64,000 nucleotides of DNA, taken from the NCBI GenBank assembly GCA_963795085.1, contig CAWCFX010000004.1, forward strand, positions 256,001 to 320,000, in the 5' to 3' direction. The position numbers were made by a program, and so were the translations under genes. The stretch is from an uncultured Gemmatimonadales bacterium (GTDB lineage: Bacteria; Gemmatimonadota; Gemmatimonadetes; Gemmatimonadales; GWC2-71-9). The notes beneath the pieces were generated by a model that had not been told where the DNA came from, ran no database searches, and was given only the letters and a program-made list of their open reading frames with translations. This document shows positions 42,605 to 53,443 of this stretch, piece after piece; positions within the stretch are counted from its first letter, which is position 1; each line of letters starts with the position of its first letter.

Positions 42605-43747
42605 ATGAGCCCACGGCAGGAAGCCAGCGATCTGGTCCACGCGCTCGAGAGCGGCGCCATTACCCGGCGCGCATTCGTGCTGCGGGCCGCGGCGCTGGGC
42701 CTCAGCCTGGGGACTATCGGCCTGGTCCTCGGCGCCTGCCGGGGCAAGGCCGAGCCGCCCGCCGCCGAGGCGGACCTGGGACCCATCGGCACCGCACTCA
42801 GCATCTACAACTGGTCGGACTATATCGCGAAAGAAGCCATCACCGGCTTCGAGAAGGAGTTCGGGGTCAGGGTCTCCTACAACACGTACGAAAGCAACGA
42901 GGAACTGGCCGCCAAGCTGCAGACCGGCATCTCGCCCTATGACCTGGCGGTGCCCTCCGGTTACCTGGTGCCCGCGCTGGCGGCGGCCGGCCTCCTCGCC
43001 CCGCTCAACCGCCAGTACCTCACCAACTGGGACAATATCTCGCCCCTGTTCCTTGACCTGGGCAGCGACCCGGGGAACCGGTACTCGGTGCCCTGGCAGT
43101 GGGGCACGACCGGGGTGGCCTACCGGAGCGACAAGCTGGCCGCACCCCCGGCCAGCTGGGGCGTTTTCCAGGATCCCCGCTATCGGCGGCGGATGACGAT
43201 GATGGACGAGGGGCGCGAAGTGATCGGGGCCTGGCTCCGCTACCGGGGCCATTCCGTGAACAGCGTGAGCGGGCCGGAACTCGACGCGGCACGCGCCGAT
43301 GGCCTGGCGGCCGCCGGTCACCTGGCGGGCTTCGTATCGGGACCGGTCAAGGACCGCCTGGTCTCCGGCGAAATCTGGGTCGCCCAGCTCTGGAACGGCG
43401 ACACCACCCAGGCCCGGGTCCGCGAACCGGCGATCGCTTATGCCCTGCCCGCGGAGGGCGGCACGATCTGGACCGATTCCCTGGTGGTCCCCCGGTCCGC
43501 GCCCCACAAGCGGGCCGCGCACGAGTTCCTGAACTACATCCTGCGGCCCGACGTGGCCGCTTCCATTTCCAACGCCACCGGCTATGGATCCCCCAACGCG
43601 AAGGCGGTGCTGGACCAGCCGGTGCCTTTCCCCGCGCCGGATGAACTCTCCCGCCTGGAATACCAGGCCGACCTGGGTGAGAAGTCCTATCTCTGGGACC
43701 TCATCTGGTCGGACATCCGGGCCCACGGAGCCGGCTCACTCTCCTGA
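42605..43747 (+). CDS. Spermidine/putrescine-binding protein (PotD/PotF-like), Tat lipoprotein
   Basis: TRRAFV and LGAC lipobox; IYNWSDYI, YESNEE, DPGNRYSVPWQWGTTG and EGGTIWTD. Confidence 0.9.
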   Translation: MSPRQEASDLVHALESGAITRRAFVLRAAALGLSLGTIGLVLGACRGKAEPPAAEADLGPIGTALSIYNWSDYIAKEAITGFEKEFGVRVSYNTYESNEELAAKLQTGISPYDLAVPSGYLVPALAAAGLLAPLNRQYLTNWDNISPLFLDLGSDPGNRYSVPWQWGTTGVAYRSDKLAAPPASWGVFQDPRYRRRMTMMDEGREVIGAWLRYRGHSVNSVSGPELDAARADGLAAAGHLAGFVSGPVKDRLVSGEIWVAQLWNGDTTQARVREPAIAYALPAEGGTIWTDSLVVPRSAPHKRAAHEFLNYILRPDVAASISNATGYGSPNAKAVLDQPVPFPAPDELSRLEYQADLGEKSYLWDLIWSDIRAHGAGSLS

Positions 43748-43761
43748 ACGGACCCCCGCCC

Positions 43762-45102
<1,341 letters not shown>

Positions 45103-45108
<6 letters not shown>

Positions 45109-45168
45109 GGGAATTGAGGGAATTGAGGGAAGGTGAGGAGTGGATCCCGTCCCCAATTCCCTCAATTC
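45103..45168. repeat. (AATTGAGGG)x3 tandem repeat with an inverted partial copy; probable hairpin between convergent genes
   Basis: Copies at 45103, 45112 and 45121; complementary CCCCAATTCCCTCAATTC at 45151-45168. Confidence 0.8.
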
Positions 45169-45181
45169 TCCTCCACCGCTC

Positions 45182-46003
45182 TCAGTCTCCGCTGGCCCAG
45201 CTCAGCGTCACCCCGAACCAGAGCTTGACGCTTTCGTCCGGCTTGCTGGGTTTGTTGAACTTGGTGTACTCATCGCCGCTGAACTGGACGTGCAGGGCCG
45301 GGCTGATCGCGAACGGTCCGGCCATGAACTCGGTGGAGGCGGAGAGGTCCACGTGGGTGAGCCCGTTGCCGGAGAAGTTGGCCGATTCCGACGGGTCGCT
45401 GTCGTTGACGCCCTGGCCGGCGCTGAGCCCGGCCAGCGCGCCGAGGGAGAGGGAGACGGATTCCGAGAGGGGAATCCCGTATCCGATACTCCCCTCGAGA
45501 TACAGCCCCTTGATCTTGTCCACGTCGTAGTACGCGGCAACCTGCGGCGAGAGGACGTGAGCCAGGCCCAGCCGGGCGTAGATTTCCAGGGTATTGGCAT
45601 CGCTGGTCAGGCCGGGGGGATCGTTGGGGTAGAGGTACCCGACGGCGCCCAGCCCGAGCTCCACGTCCCCGAAGGCATGGGTGTATTCAATCCAGGGATC
45701 GAACTCGCTGACATCGGGACCCCCCTCCCCGCCGCCCAGGCTGACCTCGTCGGCGCCATCGTACTTGCCCAACTCCACGTTGCTCCATCCGCCGAGCGTG
45801 AAGGCGCCGTTCTCCCCCACGGGAAAGGACAGCCAGAGATCCGGCTGGATCACCGGCTTGCTGGTGAGGGTGAGCCCGCGCCAGACATACGCGCTGAATA
45901 CGCCTACGTCAATGCCGACCGATACCTGGGCGGATGCGGCCGGCGCGCCCAGCATCAGGGCGGCCGCACTCAACATCAGGCTACACCGGGAGGAGCGGAG
46001 CAT
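45182..46003 (-). CDS. Putative outer-membrane beta-barrel protein (TorF/Gcw_chp-like)
   Basis: Signal peptide, SAYVWRG, PVIQP, WSN and GYLYP; alternating beta-strand pattern. Confidence 0.75.
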   Translation of the reverse strand: MLRSSRCSLMLSAAALMLGAPAASAQVSVGIDVGVFSAYVWRGLTLTSKPVIQPDLWLSFPVGENGAFTLGGWSNVELGKYDGADEVSLGGGEGGPDVSEFDPWIEYTHAFGDVELGLGAVGYLYPNDPPGLTSDANTLEIYARLGLAHVLSPQVAAYYDVDKIKGLYLEGSIGYGIPLSESVSLSLGALAGLSAGQGVNDSDPSESANFSGNGLTHVDLSASTEFMAGPFAISPALHVQFSGDEYTKFNKPSKPDESVKLWFGVTLSWASGD

Positions 46004-46111
46004 GTTCTCTCCTTAGAGGGAAATAGGCGTTGGTCTATTGCGGAACGTCCACTACTATGCGGTGCGCTGGCTAATAAGTCCAGCAGGCATAAGGCGTTAC
46101 CCGGCGCACGG

Positions 46112-46127
46112 CGGCGCGACTATTGCA
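46112..46127 (+). promoter_or_regulatory. Sigma54-like promoter upstream of the HEAT-repeat gene
   Basis: CGGCGC-GACTA-TTGCA with GG-N10-GC spacing, 44 nt before ATG 46171. Confidence 0.4.
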
Positions 46128-46170
46128 TGAATGCGGAGTCCCCTGACCCCTGGCCCATTGACGTGGAACC

Positions 46171-47535
46171 ATGATCCCTGTTCGGCCTGCCAATCCGTTT
46201 AGCGCTCTTTTCACCACCTATTTTGGCCAACTGGTGGTGCTGTTGCGCCGGCAACCGGATGATGTAAGCGCCCAGAAAGGTGCCTTGCGGAGCGCCATGG
46301 CGGTCCTCCGGCATGGGCCGGTGCGGATCGAGGCTGGCATCGAGTACTCCGACGTCCTGGACGACGCCACCCTCAAAGGCCGGCTCCTGGCCCGGTATGT
46401 GGACTACATCGAGTGCGGGGCCGATTCGCCCGCCGCCGAGGTGCTGGAACTGGCCCGGGCGCTGGCCGCCGATACGGGACCGATTCCCCAGAGCGTGTTG
46501 ACCCGGGTCGAACTGGTCACCATCCCCGGGATGGCCCGGGTTTCCGACGCGGTGGCCGCGCCTCCCACCCCGCCATCGGCCGGACGGCAGCGAACCATGT
46601 CCGGGCCGGTGGGCAACGCGGAGCAGCTGGCAGCCGCGCTCGAGCGGGCGATCACGACCGGGTTCTGGATGGAGGCCGTCCATGCTGCCCAGGCCCTGAT
46701 CCGGCTCACCCCTCAGTTTCCGGAGCACGAACAGCGCGCCCACCTGCTCGCCCTGCGGCGCGCTTTCACCCGGCCGATCCTCGAACAATTCATCGCCTTT
46801 GCCATGCGGGCCACCGAAGAACAGGCCCGGGTGGCCGAAATCCTCAGTTACGGGGGACCGGAAGCCATCGAGCTGATGGTGGACCAGGTTCGGGGTGGCG
46901 AGGTGATCGGTCCCCGAAAGTTCCTCTATGACGTGCTGGTGGCCACGCCGGCCTCGCTGCCCCTGCTGCTGCCGCTGCTGGAAAGTCCGGTGTGGTATGA
47001 AGTGCGGCACGCCGCCGACCTGGTGAGCCGGCTGGGCGCGGCAGAAGCGATTGACCCGCTTCGGCGGGCCCTCAAGCATCCGGACCCCCGGGTGCGCCAG
47101 GCGGTGGTCGAGGCGCTGGGCCGGTTCCCCGGCAAGGAAGTGGTAGAACCGATTCGGCGAACCCTGGGAGACCCCGACCCGGGTCCCCGAGCGAGTGCCG
47201 CGTTCGCCCTGGCCCAGCGGCATTCGCCCGGCTTGGCGCTGCCGATCCTGGTCGCGCTGGAATCAGAGAAGGACCCGGATGCGTGGAACGCGCTGGTCGA
47301 GGCGCTGGCCCGGATTGACTCCCCGGAGGCGGTCTCCTCGCTCGCGGGGATGGCCCTGGGCAAGCGTTCGCTGCTCCGACCGGGCCGGTCCATGGGGCAG
47401 CGGCTGGAGATTATCCGGGCGCTGGCCCGGGCGGGGACGCCCGGCGCGCGCGGTGCGCTGGAGAGAATTGCGGCGGAGGGAACGGCCCAGATCCAGAGCG
47501 CGGCGGCTGCCGCGCTCCAGGATCCGCAGCGCTAG
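46171..47535 (+). CDS. HEAT-repeat domain protein
   Basis: C-terminal repeats WYEVRHAA, HPDPRVRQAVVEALG and DPDPGPRASAAFALA. Confidence 0.8.
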   Translation: MIPVRPANPFSALFTTYFGQLVVLLRRQPDDVSAQKGALRSAMAVLRHGPVRIEAGIEYSDVLDDATLKGRLLARYVDYIECGADSPAAEVLELARALAADTGPIPQSVLTRVELVTIPGMARVSDAVAAPPTPPSAGRQRTMSGPVGNAEQLAAALERAITTGFWMEAVHAAQALIRLTPQFPEHEQRAHLLALRRAFTRPILEQFIAFAMRATEEQARVAEILSYGGPEAIELMVDQVRGGEVIGPRKFLYDVLVATPASLPLLLPLLESPVWYEVRHAADLVSRLGAAEAIDPLRRALKHPDPRVRQAVVEALGRFPGKEVVEPIRRTLGDPDPGPRASAAFALAQRHSPGLALPILVALESEKDPDAWNALVEALARIDSPEAVSSLAGMALGKRSLLRPGRSMGQRLEIIRALARAGTPGARGALERIAAEGTAQIQSAAAAALQDPQR

Positions 47536-48173
47536 CGGGGATGCACTCCCAGGGACTCCAGGTGCAGGCTGAGGTTGTGATTGGCGCGCAGGCCCACCAC
47601 GCCCCTGGTGTCCACCTGGGCGGCCGGCACGGTATGCACCGGCTTACCGTTGACCATGAAGGTCACCGAGTCGGCGCCCACTTCGAAACTCAGTTCATTC
47701 TCCACCGGTCCGTCGGTCTTGCCCTTGACGATGGCTTCGCTGTCGGTCCAGTTCACCACGGTGGACGTCTCGGCCCCGGTCCGGCGCTTGATGAGAAACT
47801 TGCCGTCGCCACGAACCAGGAAATAGGTATAGCTCACCGTGGGGCCGGAGAGATTCTGGCCGCCCAGGAACAGTCCGTAGCCCTCGTGGTGTCCGGCACC
47901 GGGGAAGAGGTGCACCTTGGCCACCGCGTGGACCGGCCCGGTCGCCCGGTCGGTTTCGCGGTAGAGGATCACGGCGGGCCCCGTGGTCAGGTGCCAGCCC
48001 GGCGCCATGACCTCATACTTGAGGTTGGTCAGCGGGCCGCCGTTGTCGGTGCGGGCGCTCCACCCGGCGGGCAGTGCGCCGCCCGCGACGTTGCGGTCGT
48101 GATCGTCGTGCTGCTGGGCGGCCAGGGGGCCGGTGGCCAGGGCCAGCGCTGCTAGGGCAAGGGTAACTCGCAT
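47532..48173 (-). CDS. Secreted beta-rich hypothetical protein (concanavalin/DUF1080-like)
   Basis: Signal peptide MRVTLALAALALATGPLAA; EGYGLFLGG, YTYFLVRGDG and VTFMVNG. Confidence 0.7.
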   Translation of the reverse strand: MRVTLALAALALATGPLAAQQHDDHDRNVAGGALPAGWSARTDNGGPLTNLKYEVMAPGWHLTTGPAVILYRETDRATGPVHAVAKVHLFPGAGHHEGYGLFLGGQNLSGPTVSYTYFLVRGDGKFLIKRRTGAETSTVVNWTDSEAIVKGKTDGPVENELSFEVGADSVTFMVNGKPVHTVPAAQVDTRGVVGLRANHNLSLHLESLGVHPR

Positions 48174-48293
48174 ATGAACCTCTGGGGTCAGGCAGGTTGA
48201 GTGAGGGTCCCGGTCCGCCGGACGCTTGCGAAACCCGGGGTTACGACAGTAATCTACCGCTCGGACCGGCGCCACTCACGGGAGCTCTTGATC

Positions 48294-48464
48294 ATGTTTG
48301 ATGTTCTCTTTGTTCTCTTCGCCGCTATTGGTGCCGCCCTCATCCTGGGCGCGCTGACCTACGTCACCCTCCTCATCGGCGGGCTGGTCAACGGCATGGT
48401 GGTTCTCCTGGCCGGGCCGATCATCGACCGCATTATCGAAAAGCGAAAGGCCCGTACCGCCTAG
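48294..48464 (+). CDS. Small membrane protein (56 aa)
   Basis: GGAG upstream; hydrophobic stretch of about 42 aa, then a basic tail EKRKARTA. Confidence 0.55.
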   Translation: MFDVLFVLFAAIGAALILGALTYVTLLIGGLVNGMVVLLAGPIIDRIIEKRKARTA

Positions 48465-48826
48465 CTCGACGCCCCGCCCGACCCGGTCTCGCCCTGCGGC
48501 GTACTCGCCGTTTTTCTTGCCCCATCACAGTTGATTCGAAGCCCGGCCAGCCCCTCGCGAAGTCCGCGAATCCGGGTTTGCAGCCCCCCGGTCCGCCGGG
48601 CCAGGCTGCCCATGTTCGCAGCCGCCTGGGCGACGGCGCTCAAACCCAGGCCCGCCGAGCCGGATTTGAGTTCGTCCAACTGGCGCACCAGGCTGCGTGC
48701 GGCAGATTCGGCTTCGGAGGGGGAGGTCAGTTTCTCGACCAGGGACTGGATCCGCTGGATCTTCGGAACCTGGGAGTCCAGGTAGGCGAGTTGAGCCTGC
48801 TGTCGGGCGGAAAGTTTAACGGCCAT
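48461..48826 (-). CDS. Small all-helical protein, Hpt-like but lacking the phosphoacceptor His
   Basis: LVRQLDELKSGSAGLGLSAVAQAA resembles the Hpt pattern xHxLKGxxxxxG. Confidence 0.55.
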   Translation of the reverse strand: MAVKLSARQQAQLAYLDSQVPKIQRIQSLVEKLTSPSEAESAARSLVRQLDELKSGSAGLGLSAVAQAAANMGSLARRTGGLQTRIRGLREGLAGLRINCDGARKTASTPQGETGSGGASS

Positions 48827-49068
48827 GGGCGGAGAGTAAGCCCGGCAGGAGGGTGGGGCAACGCAGTACTAAGGGAATCCCTTGCTTTTTCGGCCTTTGT
48901 TCGGTATAGTGCCGCCCCTCGGCCTGGGCCAGTCGATTTCTTCCCGGTGATTTCGTCGCGACCCAGACCGAGTAGATTGTCCGGTTCCGCAAAACTTCTG
49001 TAAAGTGGTACCGTACGTTGCCTGACGACTGCCGCCGGCGGTCGCACCTGATCCAGCCTGGACCTGTC

Positions 49069-52000
49069 ATGAAACTCTCCGATATCGCCATTGAGCGCCC
49101 GGTCTTCGCCGGCATGATGAGTGCGGCCCTCGTGCTCTTCGGTATCCTCGGCTACAGCCGGCTGTCGGTGCGGGAATTCCCTGACGTGGATCCGCCCATC
49201 ATCTCGGTGAACACCGTGCTTCCGGGAGCGAACCCCCAGGTGGTGGAGTCGGCGGTCACCGACATTCTCGAGGAAGAGCTGAGCACCGTCGAAGGGCTCC
49301 GGACCATCACCAGTTCAAGTGCGGAGCAGTCCAGCAGCATCACCCTGGAGTTCAACCTCGACCGGGATGTCGAATCAGCCGCGCAGGACGTGCGGGACAA
49401 GGTGTCCCGGGTTCGGGGCCGCCTGCCGGAGGAAATCCTGGAGCCGGTGGTGGCGAAGCAGGAAGCGGACGCGGATCCTTTCTTCTGGCTCGCGCTCTCC
49501 GGTGCCAACTACGACCTGCTTCAGCTATCCGACCTGGCGGACCGCCTGGTCAAGAGCCGGCTGCAGACGCTCCCCGGCGTCGGCCAGGCGGGCATCTACG
49601 GCGAGCGCCGTTTTGCCATGCGGGTCTGGCTTTCGGCCGCCGAGCTGGCCGGCCGGGGTCTCACCGTGCAGGATGTTGAAAACGCGATCCGGACCCGGAG
49701 CGTGGAGATTCCCTCCGGGCGTATCGAGTCGGAGCGGCGGGAGTTCAGCGTACGCTCGCTGGGAGAACTCAAGACCCCGGCCGAATTCGCGGACATGGTC
49801 GTGGACAACAGTTCCGGGCAGCTGGTCCGGCTGCGGGACGTGGGCTCCGTCGAGCTGGGGCCGGAGGATGAGCGGAGCGCCCTCCGCTACAACAGCACGC
49901 CGGCGGTCGCCATCGGGGTCATCCGCCAGTCCAAGTCCAACCTGGTCGAGGTCGCCGATGCGATCCATGCGGAGCTGCCGGCGATCCGGGAGAACCTGCC
50001 GCCCGGGGTGGAGTTGTCCGTCGCGTTCGACCAGTCGGTCTTCGTCCGCCGCTCCATCAAGGAGGCCCAGGAGACGCTGGTCATCGCGGGCATCCTGGTC
50101 GTCATCATCATCTTCGTGTTCCTGCGCAACCTGCGGGCGACCATCATTCCCGGCCTGGCCATCCCCGCGTCCATCGTCGCGACGTTCGCGATCATGAACG
50201 TGCTGGGTTTCTCCATCAACAACCTCACGCTGCTGGCGCTCACCCTGGCGATCGGCATCGTGGTGGACGATGCCATCATCGTGCTGGAAAACGCCTATCG
50301 CCACCAGGAAGAACTGGGCGAGGATCCCAAGACCGCCGCCATCCGGGGCACCCGCGAAATCGCCTTTGCCGTCATTGCGACGACGATCTCGCTGGTCGCT
50401 GTCTTCACGCCGCTGGCCTTTCTCAAGGGCGCCACCGGCCGGCTGTTCAACGAGTTCGGGATCGCGGTCGCCGGCTCGGTGGTCATCTCCGGGTTCGTGG
50501 CGCTGACCCTGACCCCGATGCTTTGCGCCCAGATCCTGCGAGTTCCCAAGCAGCACGGCAAGACATTCAAAGCGCTGGAGCGCGGCTTTGAATCGCTTTC
50601 CCTGGGATATGCCCGGATGCTGCGATGGGCGCTCAACCACAAGGGGATCATCATGGCTGGCGCCCTGGCGACGGTCCTGCTGGCCGTTGGGATGTTCAAA
50701 GTGCTGAAACGGGAGTTTGTGCCGGCCGAGGACAAGGGCTGGTTCTTCATGTTCGTGCTGGGGCCCCAGGGCAACACCATGGAGTTCACCGACAGCTACA
50801 TGAAGCGGGTGGAGGAAGTGCTGGCGCGGACCGAGGAAATCGAGGGCTACTTCTCCATTACCGGGGGATTCGTTCCCGTCAACCAGGGGATTGCCTTTGT
50901 CCGGCTCAAGGACTGGGCCGACCGGGATCGCAAGGTCTGGGACATCATCAACGAGGTGCAGCCCCAGCTGTTCGGGATTCCCGGGGTGCTTGCATTCGCC
51001 AACAATCCACCCGCTTTCGGCTTCGGCCAGCCGGTGCAGTTCGTGGTGCAGCACTCCGACTTTGACCAGCTGAAAGCGGGCATGGCGGCCTTCACGGCCC
51101 GGGCTCAGCAGATCCCCGGGCTGACCAACCAGGACGTGGATCTCCGGGTCAACAAGCCGGAACTCACCGTCACCTTCGACCGGGACCGGGCCGAAGATCT
51201 CGGCATCTCGGTACGCGACATCGCCACGACCCTTCAGACCATGCTGGGGGGGCGCGAGGTCAGCACCTTTACCCGGGCCAACAAGCTGTATGATGTCATC
51301 GTCCAGGTCCGCCCCGAGGAGCGGGCGACGCCGGCCGACATGAGCGGCTTATACATCCGGGGCCGCCAGGGAGAACTGATCCAGCTCGACGCGGTCGCCC
51401 GGGTCAGCGAAGCGGTCGGGCCCCAGTCGCTCAACCACTTCAACCGGGTGCGCGCGTTTACTCTCTCCGCCGGGCTCGCGCCCGGTTTCACGCTGGGCGA
51501 GGCCATCGATTCGCTCCGTGCGGCGGCAGCCGAGGTCCTGCCTCCCGGAAGCACGACCGCGCTGGCCGGCGAGTCCCGGGAGCTCGAGGAAAGCGGAAAC
51601 GCCCTGTACTTCGCCTTCTTTCTGGCGCTCATCGTGGTGTTCATGGTCCTGGCGTCGCAGTTCGAGTCGCTGATCCACCCATTCACGGTGCTGTTGGCGG
51701 TTCCACTGGCCGTCACCGGGGCGCTGGTCACGCTCAAGCTGGCGGGGTCGACCATGAATCTCTACAGCCAGATCGGCCTCATCCTGCTGATCGGCATCGT
51801 GACCAAGAACTCCATCCTCCTGGTCGAGTACGCCAACCAGCTCCGCGACCGAGGCATGGACATCGTGTCGGCCATCCTGGAATCGGGCCGGATCCGGCTG
51901 CGTCCGATTCTCATGACGTCCTTCGCGACAATCATGGGAGCGTTGCCGATTGCCCTCGGGCTGGGCGCCGGTTCCATCAGCCGCCGTCCGCTGGGCTACG

Positions 52001-52137
52001 GCATCGTGGGGGGGGTGCTCTTCTCGACCGTGCTCACGCTCTTTCTCGTTCCGGTGGGGTACGTCCTGCTCGACCGGCTGGCCCGGAAGCCGTCCCCGGA
52101 GTCGGCCGCCAACGAGCCCGCCGAGGTGACAGCCTGA
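49069..52137 (+). CDS. RND efflux transporter permease (AcrB/AcrD/AcrF family)
   Basis: IERPVFA, REFPDVDPP, GIVVDDAIIVLEN, KNSILLVEYA and RLRPILMTS. Confidence 0.97.
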   Translation: MKLSDIAIERPVFAGMMSAALVLFGILGYSRLSVREFPDVDPPIISVNTVLPGANPQVVESAVTDILEEELSTVEGLRTITSSSAEQSSSITLEFNLDRDVESAAQDVRDKVSRVRGRLPEEILEPVVAKQEADADPFFWLALSGANYDLLQLSDLADRLVKSRLQTLPGVGQAGIYGERRFAMRVWLSAAELAGRGLTVQDVENAIRTRSVEIPSGRIESERREFSVRSLGELKTPAEFADMVVDNSSGQLVRLRDVGSVELGPEDERSALRYNSTPAVAIGVIRQSKSNLVEVADAIHAELPAIRENLPPGVELSVAFDQSVFVRRSIKEAQETLVIAGILVVIIIFVFLRNLRATIIPGLAIPASIVATFAIMNVLGFSINNLTLLALTLAIGIVVDDAIIVLENAYRHQEELGEDPKTAAIRGTREIAFAVIATTISLVAVFTPLAFLKGATGRLFNEFGIAVAGSVVISGFVALTLTPMLCAQILRVPKQHGKTFKALERGFESLSLGYARMLRWALNHKGIIMAGALATVLLAVGMFKVLKREFVPAEDKGWFFMFVLGPQGNTMEFTDSYMKRVEEVLARTEEIEGYFSITGGFVPVNQGIAFVRLKDWADRDRKVWDIINEVQPQLFGIPGVLAFANNPPAFGFGQPVQFVVQHSDFDQLKAGMAAFTARAQQIPGLTNQDVDLRVNKPELTVTFDRDRAEDLGISVRDIATTLQTMLGGREVSTFTRANKLYDVIVQVRPEERATPADMSGLYIRGRQGELIQLDAVARVSEAVGPQSLNHFNRVRAFTLSAGLAPGFTLGEAIDSLRAAAAEVLPPGSTTALAGESRELEESGNALYFAFFLALIVVFMVLASQFESLIHPFTVLLAVPLAVTGALVTLKLAGSTMNLYSQIGLILLIGIVTKNSILLVEYANQLRDRGMDIVSAILESGRIRLRPILMTSFATIMGALPIALGLGAGSISRRPLGYGIVGGVLFSTVLTLFLVPVGYVLLDRLARKPSPESAANEPAEVTA

Positions 52138-52162
52138 TGAATCCTTCAATCCCGATACTGGT

Positions 52163-53443
52163 ATGCTGCTAGCGCTTCTGGCCATGCTCCAGCTGGGCAC
52201 CGCCCAGGACTCGGTGCCCCGGGTGACCTTGAACCAGGCCCTGGAACGGGCGAGCCGGCTCGATCCGGACTATGTCCAGGCCCTGGGGTCGGTCGCCACC
52301 GCCGAGTGGGGGCGCCGCGCGGCGTTCCTGGCCTTCGTGATCCCCTCGGTGGACCTCCAGTTGGACTATACCAAGTATTCCACCGGGTTCTTCAACATCG
52401 GGACGCTGCAGCAATCGTCGACCTCCGCGACCTTCAACGCATCGGCCTCGTACGAGCTGTTTTCGATGCGGAAGTTCAGCGAACTTGGCCGCAGCCGGGC
52501 GGTGCTCGATGAAGCCGAGGCCGGAGGACTGCAGGCCCGGTTCGTGGCGGCGCTGCGCACCGAGTCAGCCTACTACGATGTGCTGGCCAACCAGGACCTG
52601 GCGCGGTTGGCCCTGGAACGTCAGCGCCGCGCCCGGGAGGCCTTCGGCGTCGCGCGGGCCCGGGTGCTGTCCGGGGCCGCCGTGCAGAGCGACTCGCTGC
52701 AGCTGATGCTGGAACTGACCGGCGCCGAGGTTGACGTGCTGCGCCAGCGCTCTGCCCTGCGGGTGGCCCAGCTTCAACTGGGCCGCCGCATCGGTACGCC
52801 CGGCCCGGTGGATGCCGTGCCGCTCGACTCCGCGGCCCTGGGGCCGCTTCCCATTGAACTGGACGCCGCCGTACAACTCGCGCTGGACCAGGGGCCCCAG
52901 TTCCGGGCCGCCCGCGCCAGCGAGCGCGCGGCCGAAGCGCTGCTCAAGGGCCGCCGTGGTGAGTATCTGCCCCGGCTCACCATCAACGCGGGGCATTCCC
53001 GGTTCGATACCGAGGTGTTCCCGGACGCCTTTGCCGTTTCGTCGCTGCAGCTCGCGGTGCGGCTCCCCATCTGGGACAACGCCCAGCGCGAGATCGGCAT
53101 TAGCCAGGCCCGGGTGACGCGCGATGTCTCCCGGGCCATCCGGGAGGACCTGGAGCGGTCGGCCCAGGCCGACGTGACCGCCGCGTACGAGGCCTACCAG
53201 ACCGCCCGCGCCACCGCCGAGTTGGGACGGACCGCGGTGCTGGTGGCCCGGGAGAACTACCGGGTGCAGGATGCCCGCTACCGGGCCGGGGCCTCGCCGA
53301 TTCTCGACTTGCTGGGCGCCCAGGTGAGTCTCACCGTCGCGGAGAGCAACCTGGTCCAGGCCCGCTTCGCGTTACGACTCGCGCTGGCGGGTCTCGAAGC
53401 GATCATCGGGCGGCGCTTGATCGAAGACAGGATATTACCGTGA
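52163..53443 (+). CDS. TolC family outer-membrane factor
   Basis: Signal peptide, AYYDVL, YLPRL, RLPIWD and RYRAGASPILDLL. Confidence 0.9.
   Translation: MLLALLAMLQLGTAQDSVPRVTLNQALERASRLDPDYVQALGSVATAEWGRRAAFLAFVIPSVDLQLDYTKYSTGFFNIGTLQQSSTSATFNASASYELFSMRKFSELGRSRAVLDEAEAGGLQARFVAALRTESAYYDVLANQDLARLALERQRRAREAFGVARARVLSGAAVQSDSLQLMLELTGAEVDVLRQRSALRVAQLQLGRRIGTPGPVDAVPLDSAALGPLPIELDAAVQLALDQGPQFRAARASERAAEALLKGRRGEYLPRLTINAGHSRFDTEVFPDAFAVSSLQLAVRLPIWDNAQREIGISQARVTRDVSRAIREDLERSAQADVTAAYEAYQTARATAELGRTAVLVARENYRVQDARYRAGASPILDLLGAQVSLTVAESNLVQARFALRLALAGLEAIIGRRLIEDRILP

Noticed and set aside
41756..43726. 656-aa minus-strand ORF
   Set aside because: Antisense shadow of the oxidase and PotD-like genes.
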